A stretch of 64,000 nucleotides of DNA from a virus (taxonomy: Duplodnaviria > Caudoviricetes), in the IMG/VR virus record IMGVR_UViG_3300031555_001437. One strand, 5' to 3'. Below are positions 56,101 to 64,000 of the stretch, piece after piece; positions within the stretch are counted from its first letter, which is position 1; every line of letters starts with the position of its first letter. A model generated the notes under the pieces. The model worked only from the letters and a program-made list of their open reading frames with translations, was not told the DNA's origin and ran no database searches. A program made the position numbers and the translations under genes.

Positions 56101-58972
56101 ATGTCAGAGAGCTAACTTCTGGGATGCTTCGACGGATACAGTAGAAGAACCATATGTTTATCAAGGCGCTGAATATTATACTGAGCGCGAATACCGCAAG
56201 GCTATTTTTATTAACGAATTTGATAAGCACTTTAATAAGAACCACGCACTCATCTATTATCTGTTCATGGAGTTTACAGCTCTTTGTGATAATAGAGCAA
56301 AGAACATGTTTTTGAGATGCGAAAATGTATATAATGAGCACCTACTTGATACTGATGGAAATGAAATTTCTATTATGGACTGTATCGAGGCAGGTACTGG
56401 AATTGTCGACATAAGCCGCATTGACTGGGAGAATTCTACGTTTGCGGTGTGGATTACAGATCTGTACGACCTTGACTCATGTTATGGCGTAGAGAACTCT
56501 GGTTATTTGCAAATACCGTATTACGCAGATTGGAATTACCAGTTGAATGGAACGCAAAAATTTAACGGACGGGAGTCTCGTTTGTGGTTGATGATTGAGG
56601 AAGCTTTAAGTGATGATATTAAGGCTAAGGCGCAGATATTGACAGAGCGCGGCATTGGCGAAGGTGGACTTAATTACGACACTTTATACGACGTACATAT
56701 CAAGAACAACGCGTTACTTGTATGCCCTGCTGTTGTTAATAGAGACATGACTCACAAGTATTCCGATCCGTGGATAGAAGGCTTCGTTGATTATTCACTC
56801 GAAGGTAATCCTGTTCGTCATATTTCTGATTATAAGTATTTGCAGCGTGGTAGCCGCACCCAGCAAAAAGATGCGTATATCTACAAGCGCTCCAACATGC
56901 TTTATAGCAAATATGAATGTAACAAGTTCTTGAACAACAGCATTAACTTCCGTGTTGGAACCAATGGCGGAGTTGTAGCTTCTGAGAGTGGCATATCGAT
57001 TACAGCTAACCAAGTACTGTATCCTGCTGTTAAGTATGGAGACGGCCCTACAGCTATTGTCATTTCTGACGAAAAGACTGCGGCTGGCGTTTCAACAACA
57101 ATCACAAAGCCTGGAACAACGGACGCAGATAAAGTAGGTTTCTCTGATACTATTTTCATTGCTGGCGGCACACTGCTGACCGATATTGGCGACATTTCTA
57201 AATTTAGACCATATGAGATGCAACTACAGAACGCTACTGGCTTGCGCAGCCTGATACTTGGTTCAGATGAGGAAGGCTACGAGAATGTGCAGCTTAAAAA
57301 TATTGACACTTCTGGATGCAAACTTCTAGAGAAACTCAATATTATGGGATGCACCGCACTTGGCCCACTTGACTTGTCCAGCAACGGCCTGTTGAAGGAG
57401 CTTTATGCGTCGAACTCAAGCGTGCGTTCTGTGACGCTTCCGAACGGCGGTGTGCTGGAGAAACTTTATTTGGGTGATATTGTTGACCTTGAAATTCTCA
57501 ATCAATCAAACCTGAAGGTGTTTGAGTGCACAAGCTATAACACACTAGAAAGATTGCGCGTTGAAAATACGCCAAACGTTAATACTTTAGAGATGGTTAG
57601 TGCGCGTTTGCCAAAGCTTACTGGTGGTATACGTCTTGTTGGTATTAATGAGACAATTGATGACATGAGTGTACTTGAACGTCTGATGGGCGATGAGGCT
57701 CGTGGTAAGTATATTGATATGAATGGTAATCTCTCTGAGGACAAGACGTTGTATCCATATATCTCTGGTACTGTACACGTTGACACCATTACTGGCTCTC
57801 AACTACAGCAGCTCAAATCATTCTATCCATATCTGAATATCACATACGACAACCTGATCGCAAACATTATCTACATGAGCGAAGATGGTTTGATTGAACT
57901 GCATAGAGCTATTGTTGTTAATGGAGCTACCGCAGATGATATTGTTGGAACTATCATCGAGACTCCGACCAAGGAAAGCACTGCGCAGTACAACTTTACT
58001 TATGGTGGATGGAGTACTGTTCCTGGCGGCGAGCCCGAGGACGACGCTTTGGAGAATATCGTTATCGACAGAATTGTTTATGTGGCGTTTAACAAAACAA
58101 TTAGAAACTATACTGTTAGATTCTACAATGACACGACCCTGCTCTATACTGTTTCTGTTCCGTATGGCTCCAATGCTGTTTATGCTGGAGCAGACTTTGA
58201 AAAGCTTGGAGTGAAGAACCCAGAGCTCTATGCGTTTATTGGCTGGGCACCAAATCCAGAGAATATCACTGGAAACTTGGATTGTTATGCACAGTATGAA
58301 TTCCTTGGATATATTAAGGATAGCTGGACGACGATTGCTGAAAACGTCGCAAACGGTACATATATTACCATGTATGCGACTGGTAAGTTGAAAGAGTTGG
58401 TTTTGACGTATGCTGATGGCTTTACAGAAACGTTAGACGTTGAGATTGTTGGGTTTGACCACGATAATTTGGCAGATAATTCTGGCAAGGCTGGAATTAC
58501 ATTTATTGCAAAAGAGATTTCCGCGAGAACGTCTCCAATGAATTCTGGTAGCACGTCAAACAGTGGAGGTTGGGAGTCTTCGTATATGCGCAGAGCGACG
58601 ATGGCCACTATATACAATGCTCTGCCAGAAGAACTGCGCAGCGTTATTAAACCAGTAATTAAGAAGGCATCTGCTGGTAGTAGAACCACCGATATTATTG
58701 ATTCTGTTGATAGCATCTGGCTTCCTTCTTATGTTGAGCTTGATAGTGATGCAAGCGGCATATATTTACAAGAAGGTTCTACCTATGCAATACACACCGA
58801 CGATGAAAGCCGTCAAAGATATAAAGAGGGTACTACGACTCAAACGATATATTGGACGCGCTCTCCTGTTGCAAACTCTCAATATGGATTCTGGTATGTT
58901 ACGACAAACGGCGAGATGACAACATTTGGTTCTGACTCACAAATGGGTGTTGCATTTGGCTTCTGCATTTAA
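53141..58972 (+). CDS. 1943-aa multidomain virion protein: Mtd_N-like start, LamG-like, CotH-kinase-like, LRR, InlB-B-repeat-like and DUF6273-like C-terminus
   Basis: RR.T..QW...KIGDG...F.DLPY; QGTSS...KNYK, DNRAKNMF, YDLDS; LRRs; PTKESTAQY.FT..GW; GGW..S.MR...YWTRSP. Confidence 0.75.
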   Translation: MFVVTHRRATKKQWEESNVIPKESELVVEDCEDGTFKTKIGDGIHVFTDLPYQNLDEELSELKTYVDGKVVDGLYYEDNMLYLTLNGEIVSDPVEIVGGGGGGGSSYSMRVINGMSSSTLTVAIAEKILLNASFYEEYGGVSTGVNGSLEVYYKLASEEEWSFHSKQTVAQNTQFSVDVANILDKSSVTNIRFVVTGGESGIVRTLTYNITQVEASISAVNFSSSAIYTGNIPFQYKCVGRNLQKTVYFEIDGEVCDTIDVGTSHNAVLSHTIKMLGNYSYGAHDLRVYFKTSEGAMSNVLRYAILYDNKESAAPMIGVVCHSDEITYGDILSIDYIVYTPGQETTDELQIRVYDDDAIYETTSLVNVANNTPYTWNGTSYPVSGKVYVEFKSGETVKTVSVLINEIQSEYELAQVATNLVYSYSANGRSNNDVGKELYECNYTTSNGVQTVIEGRFSGFNWVSNGYIDRESLTLSGDARHTIALPMFSTSYTDRDGQTVNLESATGATVTTNGRTFEIEFKVSNVTDSNAQIIKCMSAEHAGFVVTPQNCYLLSSNGANVQTDETGFIENEEGIAAAYIRDNKRIRLSFVIEPKGSIKYTLEDGTEMSGQCVNIYINGQYANSYVYPDGARFTSSEYITMGSNTCILNVYDVRVYNRGLSEAEILQNYKASPLSVQDKILRFEDNDILTDDGDVDYYKAINKYPCLLITGPLSPYKGANGVKMEGKVESGVTLTRPNGSGGHTVEFDLLDKDVAGNWVSCNNVQGTSSVKFPIKNYKVYLVQVLYNEDGTPQTETNDEGKIKVKTKKVKYSLKGKDDEGNDLSIGESTLCWKGDYMSSDHANTFNANLADSLFDDILEAQREDPRVQNTVYGFRCLLFRRDDIGKPIEFAGDGALNNDKGNTKTFGLECEGDKGNATKRQKWEFLNNTEPLTSFQTDRFFEEIISEGKTVLRVTQGLESTYPDQGDLKDKGLTPKYDYIQTLYAWVCQRANFWDASTDTVEEPYVYQGAEYYTEREYRKAIFINEFDKHFNKNHALIYYLFMEFTALCDNRAKNMFLRCENVYNEHLLDTDGNEISIMDCIEAGTGIVDISRIDWENSTFAVWITDLYDLDSCYGVENSGYLQIPYYADWNYQLNGTQKFNGRESRLWLMIEEALSDDIKAKAQILTERGIGEGGLNYDTLYDVHIKNNALLVCPAVVNRDMTHKYSDPWIEGFVDYSLEGNPVRHISDYKYLQRGSRTQQKDAYIYKRSNMLYSKYECNKFLNNSINFRVGTNGGVVASESGISITANQVLYPAVKYGDGPTAIVISDEKTAAGVSTTITKPGTTDADKVGFSDTIFIAGGTLLTDIGDISKFRPYEMQLQNATGLRSLILGSDEEGYENVQLKNIDTSGCKLLEKLNIMGCTALGPLDLSSNGLLKELYASNSSVRSVTLPNGGVLEKLYLGDIVDLEILNQSNLKVFECTSYNTLERLRVENTPNVNTLEMVSARLPKLTGGIRLVGINETIDDMSVLERLMGDEARGKYIDMNGNLSEDKTLYPYISGTVHVDTITGSQLQQLKSFYPYLNITYDNLIANIIYMSEDGLIELHRAIVVNGATADDIVGTIIETPTKESTAQYNFTYGGWSTVPGGEPEDDALENIVIDRIVYVAFNKTIRNYTVRFYNDTTLLYTVSVPYGSNAVYAGADFEKLGVKNPELYAFIGWAPNPENITGNLDCYAQYEFLGYIKDSWTTIAENVANGTYITMYATGKLKELVLTYADGFTETLDVEIVGFDHDNLADNSGKAGITFIAKEISARTSPMNSGSTSNSGGWESSYMRRATMATIYNALPEELRSVIKPVIKKASAGSRTTDIIDSVDSIWLPSYVELDSDASGIYLQEGSTYAIHTDDESRQRYKEGTTTQTIYWTRSPVANSQYGFWYVTTNGEMTTFGSDSQMGVAFGFCI

Positions 58973-58980
58973 GAAAGAGG

Positions 58981-59313
58981 GTGATTAATTTGATTAGAGG
59001 ATCTTGTGAACAATTTAAATTTAAAACACCATATTCGTTTGACCAGATTGACAAGATAAGAATAACCTTTAAGCAAACAGATACGAAAGGAAATATTGTT
59101 GAAATTGTTAAGACAGAGGCGGATTGTATGGCGGTTGGCGATAAAACAAAAGCCGTATACACAAAACTGACGCAAGAAGAAACCCTAAGATTTTCCACCG
59201 ATAGCAAAGCGTATGTGCAATGGAGAGCTCTTACAACCGACGGAATTCCTTTTTCGAGTAAAATTAAACAAATAACAGTATATCCCACTTTGGACGAAAC
59301 AATTTTAGCGTGA
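58981..59313 (+). CDS. Small BppU-like baseplate/adaptor protein
   Basis: IRG....F.F...ITFKQ...LTQEETL.F....A.VQ.R pattern. Confidence 0.6.
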   Translation: MINLIRGSCEQFKFKTPYSFDQIDKIRITFKQTDTKGNIVEIVKTEADCMAVGDKTKAVYTKLTQEETLRFSTDSKAYVQWRALTTDGIPFSSKIKQITVYPTLDETILA

Positions 59314-59323
59314 GGTGCTTTGT

Positions 59324-62300
59324 ATGGATAAAGATAATATTATAATTGTATCCGAAAATACCACGCAGACTCACGTAGATACAGAAGTCAGCAATGTAGA
59401 TGTCGCAAATGAGGGGCTGGATGTAGTTGTTGAAGACGTTGCTCCGTTGGATATTGATATTTCTGATGATAATATTGTTGATATTGAGATATCCGAGGCA
59501 TTTCCGTTTGCGACGGATGGTGTTTTAGAGGAAGATTTATATGGGAAGGATATTCTGATTGACGGCGGCGTGGCTCTCAAAGAAGACCAGGAGGTCGTTC
59601 GTTTAGAGGATATTCTTGAAAAGTGTGCTGCTATGGGCGGTAGTGATAATATCGCCCACGGCACATTATATGGCGTGGAATTCCCAAATCAGCATCCGAT
59701 TACTGCTATTACAAATTTAAGAGAAGAATTGGATTCAATAGAGGCCCTGCAAACTGTATATTCAGATAAGCAGGGCTGTGCTGATTATTACCCGTGGGAA
59801 GACGAAAATCCAGCACAGGAAGATCGCGTGGGCTATTTCGTAGCTATTTGTGGCGATGCGCGGACTATTAAGATATGTAATTCAGAAGATATCTTTGGTG
59901 TTGTTGTTGACAGAGCCGCGTTTGTAGGTGGTAGAGACCATATTCTTGAGAACCACACAATTGGTGGAGTAGGTGATGTGGCCCAAAGTAGTGCATATGG
60001 ATTGGTTGCTACGGCTGGGACTGCTGTCGTTTATTGCGAAACAGATGTTGAAGTTGGAGATTATGTTATCTCTAACGATGATGGTTTCGCTAAAAAAAGT
60101 GGCGGCAATTTTGGATATTTGGTTATTGCAATTAATGAACTTGAGGATATTAGGTCAGCAACGATTTCTTTGACTATCCCATCTACTGCACTTGCGGCTA
60201 TGTCTGACGATATTAACATCGTTAATCAACGCATTGATGTTGCAGAGACGAATATTACGTCTGCTATCAATATTGCAAATGCTGCTTATAAAATGGCCAG
60301 CGAAAACGACAACTCTGTTATAACTAATGAAGAGTTGTTGGAAATGATAGAAAATGCTGTAGCAGATGTGAACTCTGATATGAGTAGAGTTGAAGGAAAT
60401 TTGGCTGATGCCATGATTATTGTTGAACAGGCAAAGAAAATCTCAGAAAACGCAGCCGCTACAGCAGAGAGCATTCGTAAAGACGCTGTAGAAACAGCAA
60501 ATAAGGCGCTTGCCGAAGTATCTCAGACGATTGATGAGTTCGATGCAACGGTTGAAGAAATTAAGAATACCGCAGATAGTGCTGAGGCAAAAGCTGAAGC
60601 TGCATTAGAAGAAATCACACAAAATGTTGATGAGATTAGAGGCGTTGTGGATGAAGCGGAAGCAAAGACTGACGCTGCCATAGCAGAGATTAACAAGAAG
60701 GCTTCAGAAACCAATGCGAGACTTAATGAAGTTAAAGATACTGCCGAAGGGGCAGCCGAAAATGCTGAAAATGCACGGAAGAACATCGAAGATCTTGAAG
60801 ACGAGTTAAGCGTTCTTTCTAATTGGTCTGACGACAACGGTAATTCTGGTGTGTCTGGTTTTGTTGCCAAGACTAACGCTGATTCGTCTACGCTCGCTGA
60901 CATTGTTAAGTGGCAAGGAACAACTGATACCGCAATCGCTGGCGTTACAAAAACGGCTAATGACAATGCTGCGAGTATCACTGATTTGGTAGCATGGCAG
61001 GGACAAACGAATACAGCTATTTCTAATGTAGAGAAAAAAGCAGATAACAATGAAGCCAGTATTACAACAATTAATACATGGCAAGACGCAACTGACAAGG
61101 CTATTGTCTCCGTGCAAGAACTTGCAAACAAGAATGAGGCGTCGATTACAAGTATAACAAAGTGGCAAAGTACTACAGATACTGCTATTTCTCAGGTTAC
61201 GCAAAAAGCCGACACAAATGAAGGCAATATTTCCCTCCTAACTAAATGGCAATTTGACGTAGAATCGGATGTTAAAAGTATTGCGTCCATTAAGGTGCAG
61301 TCCGACAATAATAAAAGTTTAATTGAAGGTATTACTGCTTGGCAAGATAGCACTGACAAGACATTAACGAGCGTTCAGAATCAGTCTACTGCAAATGCGG
61401 CGAGCATTGCGTCTATAACTACATGGCAAAATACGACCGACAAATCTATCGCTGCTGTTGAGCAAAAAGCGGATAAGAATGAAGGTAATATTATATTGTT
61501 GACAGAGTGGCAGTCAGACGTTAAGGATGAAGTAAGCAGCATCGCATCAATACAAACGCAAGCAAATGAAAACAAAGCTCAAATACAAGCGGTTGCAAAG
61601 CGTGTAGATGGGAATAGTAGCGGTATCGCTGGGCTGACAACTACGGTTAATGATCACTCAACATCTATTAACAATTTTGCGAAATGGCAAGAGACTGTGG
61701 AGGATGGTTCTATCGAGAGTATCGCCAGCGTAAAGAACATTGCTGATGCAAACAAAAGTTCAATTGAAGGAATTACTAGTTGGCAAGACACGAATGGGAA
61801 AACGTTGGCGAGTGTCCAACAGCAAGCTACCGCAAACGAAAGCAATATTACTATATTGACAGAGTGGAAGTCGTCAGTTGAAGAAGATGTGAGTTCCATT
61901 GCTTCGATTCAGACGAAGGCGAATGAAAATGAAATTAACTTGCTAGCGTTGGCAAAACGCATAGACACAAATAGCAATGGGATTGCTGGACTTAATACCA
62001 CAGTCGATGAGCATTCTGCATCTATCGAGAATTTCGCTGAATGGCAAGAAACCGTCGAAGACGGCTCTATAAATAGTATTGCCAGTGTGAGGAGCATTGC
62101 TAATTCGAATAAGTCTGCGATTGATTTGTTGTCCAAGCGTGAAGATGACTCTGAAAAAGCTATTGCCGCCTTGAAAGTGCAAACAAGTAAAGATAGCGCA
62201 AGTATTTTTAGTCTTGTATCTCTGATTGATACATATAGTCTCGGCGAACGCTCTCAGGCGAATGGACTAACATTAGAACAGGCTGCAAATATATTAGAGG

Positions 62301-64000
62301 CTGGTTCAGTTTATGTGCCAACCGAAGACCACTCTGAAACATATGGAGAAGATGTTTATGAGTTTTCAAAGGGTTACCATTACACATGGGACGGCACAAA
62401 ATGGCAAGAATCAAAATCTCCGTTTGTTGCATTTTCTGAACAATACGTAATTGGTAATGACGCTTTGAACTTTTGGGTCCCAGCAGTAAATATTATAGAA
62501 GATGATATTGTATATGAAAAAGACACATTATACATGTGGAAAGATGAACGCTGGCTCGCTGTTGCAACGCTCAAAGATAATGCAAATAGCAGAGCGACAA
62601 GCATGATATTGCAGAAGCAGAATGAAATATCTCTTAGCGTCAACAATGCACATAAGGATATTGCTGCTCTTGATTTGCGCGTTGATGAAAACGAAAATAG
62701 CATTGGGCTTGTTGTATCGAAAGAGGGCGAGAACTCTGTTATAAATGCAGCAAGCATTGTGGCAGCAGTAAATGACTCTGCGTCGTCCGTTGTAATTAAA
62801 GCAGATCATGTTCAACTTGATGGTGTTGTGTCGCTGGTGAATACTAAGGCTGACGAAATTACGACCTTGGTAAATACTAAGACGGACGAAGTTAAAAACA
62901 ACGCTGTTTATGATACCAAGGTTGAATATGCATTATCTAGTTCTGAGACTGATTTTGTTGCCATTACTGAATGGTCTACGACTGCACCAACATGGCAAGA
63001 TGGCGCATATATGTGGCAGAAAACTACAATTACAAAGGGTGATACCAGTGTGGCGTCAACTCAAACTTGTATTCAGGGTGCAAAAGGCGAAGATGGATAT
63101 ACTCCTGTGTTAGGCAAAGATTATTTTAATGGAACCAACGGCGAAAACGGTACATCGATTGTATGGAAGGGGTCTTTCAGCGTAGCTCCTAATAGCCCAG
63201 AAAATGGATGGGCATATTATAATACAAGCGCAAAAGCATCCTATACTTACCAGAATGGTTCATGGTATCAAATGTCTATTGATGGTGTTGATGGTAAAGA
63301 TGGTAAAGATGGTAACAATGGGCGTTCAATTGTATGGAAGGGAGAGTCTTCTAGTGCACCGACAAATCCACAAGAAAACTGGGTATATAAAGACTCCGAT
63401 GACGGCAAGGTTTATATTTATACTGGCTCTGGCTGGGAACTGATGGTGCTCGACGGCAGCGACGGCCAAGATGGTACAAACGGATCAAATGGCCTATCTG
63501 TCTTCATAACATATAACGATAGTAGTACAACTCCGAACACACCCACAGGTAACGGAACTGCAAACGGGTGGCATACAAATGCCACATCTACGTCTATCTG
63601 GATGAGCCAAAAAGTGGCCGAGAATGCAAGTTCTGGCGCGTGGGGCTCACCAATTAAAATCAAAGGAGAAAAGGGTCAAGATGGAAAGACTCCAGTTAAA
63701 GGCGTTGACTATTTTGATGGCTCTAATGGTAAGGACGGAACATCAATTGTGTGGAAAGGCACCTATGATTCCGCACCTAGCAATCCAGAAAACGGCTGGG
63801 CGTATTATGATACAAATGCAAAAGCGTCTTATGTATATCAAAATGGTTGGTATCAGATGTCTGTGGATGGAGTTGGTGTTAATGGTACGACGGTAACATA
63901 TGGCAAGTCTACTTCTGCCACGACAAAACCTACGTCGTGGACGACAACTATACCGACAGTTACTGAGGGTGAATATCTGTGGACTCAGACTGTAATTGAT
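59324..64000 (+). CDS. Very large tail/fibre protein, >1559 aa, truncated by the window end
   Basis: GAGGTG RBS, ATG 59324 (MDKDNII...); frame reads in phase to ...WTQTVID at 64000; peptidase G2-like segment, long coiled coil with WQ repeats, G-x-D-G and IVWKG repeats; absent from the ORF track because it has no stop. Confidence 0.85.
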   Translation, partial: MDKDNIIIVSENTTQTHVDTEVSNVDVANEGLDVVVEDVAPLDIDISDDNIVDIEISEAFPFATDGVLEEDLYGKDILIDGGVALKEDQEVVRLEDILEKCAAMGGSDNIAHGTLYGVEFPNQHPITAITNLREELDSIEALQTVYSDKQGCADYYPWEDENPAQEDRVGYFVAICGDARTIKICNSEDIFGVVVDRAAFVGGRDHILENHTIGGVGDVAQSSAYGLVATAGTAVVYCETDVEVGDYVISNDDGFAKKSGGNFGYLVIAINELEDIRSATISLTIPSTALAAMSDDINIVNQRIDVAETNITSAINIANAAYKMASENDNSVITNEELLEMIENAVADVNSDMSRVEGNLADAMIIVEQAKKISENAAATAESIRKDAVETANKALAEVSQTIDEFDATVEEIKNTADSAEAKAEAALEEITQNVDEIRGVVDEAEAKTDAAIAEINKKASETNARLNEVKDTAEGAAENAENARKNIEDLEDELSVLSNWSDDNGNSGVSGFVAKTNADSSTLADIVKWQGTTDTAIAGVTKTANDNAASITDLVAWQGQTNTAISNVEKKADNNEASITTINTWQDATDKAIVSVQELANKNEASITSITKWQSTTDTAISQVTQKADTNEGNISLLTKWQFDVESDVKSIASIKVQSDNNKSLIEGITAWQDSTDKTLTSVQNQSTANAASIASITTWQNTTDKSIAAVEQKADKNEGNIILLTEWQSDVKDEVSSIASIQTQANENKAQIQAVAKRVDGNSSGIAGLTTTVNDHSTSINNFAKWQETVEDGSIESIASVKNIADANKSSIEGITSWQDTNGKTLASVQQQATANESNITILTEWKSSVEEDVSSIASIQTKANENEINLLALAKRIDTNSNGIAGLNTTVDEHSASIENFAEWQETVEDGSINSIASVRSIANSNKSAIDLLSKREDDSEKAIAALKVQTSKDSASIFSLVSLIDTYSLGERSQANGLTLEQAANILEAGSVYVPTEDHSETYGEDVYEFSKGYHYTWDGTKWQESKSPFVAFSEQYVIGNDALNFWVPAVNIIEDDIVYEKDTLYMWKDERWLAVATLKDNANSRATSMILQKQNEISLSVNNAHKDIAALDLRVDENENSIGLVVSKEGENSVINAASIVAAVNDSASSVVIKADHVQLDGVVSLVNTKADEITTLVNTKTDEVKNNAVYDTKVEYALSSSETDFVAITEWSTTAPTWQDGAYMWQKTTITKGDTSVASTQTCIQGAKGEDGYTPVLGKDYFNGTNGENGTSIVWKGSFSVAPNSPENGWAYYNTSAKASYTYQNGSWYQMSIDGVDGKDGKDGNNGRSIVWKGESSSAPTNPQENWVYKDSDDGKVYIYTGSGWELMVLDGSDGQDGTNGSNGLSVFITYNDSSTTPNTPTGNGTANGWHTNATSTSIWMSQKVAENASSGAWGSPIKIKGEKGQDGKTPVKGVDYFDGSNGKDGTSIVWKGTYDSAPSNPENGWAYYDTNAKASYVYQNGWYQMSVDGVGVNGTTVTYGKSTSATTKPTSWTTTIPTVTEGEYLWTQTVID

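Noticed and set aside
58840-58972. Diversity-generating retroelement target at the DUF6273-like C-terminus (YWTRSP...GVAFGFCI)
   Set aside because: No reverse transcriptase or template repeat in the window, and many codons at would-be variable sites do not end in C/T as expected from AAY-derived mutagenesis. It cannot be excluded for the rest of the genome.
1-64000. Stop-codon reassignment
   Set aside because: Genes are full length and densely packed under the standard bacterial code, and there is no suppressor tRNA among the five found.

Overview
A 64-kb segment of a large tailed dsDNA phage (or prophage), most likely infecting a Bacillota/Clostridia host, with SPbeta-like gene order. Almost everything is on the + strand. 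In order: (1) 1-1500, a divergent non-coding control region with a boxA-like leader, DnaA-box-like sites, an iteron-like and (ATATCT)n array, and a consensus SigA promoter. (2) 1.5-12.7 kb, about 40 small accessory genes, including a DUF6291-like/HTH protein, a Tpt1/KptA RNA 2'-phosphotransferase and a papain-like protease. Six consecutive gene junctions here carry an ATAAAA-N6-TTTTAA palindrome, giving a cassette-array appearance. (3) A YonO-like single-subunit RNA polymerase, ClpP, five tRNAs, HU and a metallophosphoesterase. (4) A packaging/head/neck/tail module. The gene upstream of terL is split by a group I intron encoding an HNH endonuclease, and a free-standing GIY-YIG endonuclease follows the major capsid gene. 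(5) About 30 kb of fibre/adhesin-like genes: repeat fibres, BspA-type LRR proteins, a CBM protein, a 1943-aa CotH-like/LRR protein, and a >1559-aa ORF that runs off the window end and is missing from the supplied track. The most notable unexplained signals are the palindrome-delimited cassette array, a recurrent strand-specific 14-nt intergenic motif, an origin-like region apparently detached from and inverted relative to its initiator gene, and four consecutive fibre genes ending in a Trp tail motif. All family assignments come from motif recognition by eye; no database searches were run.
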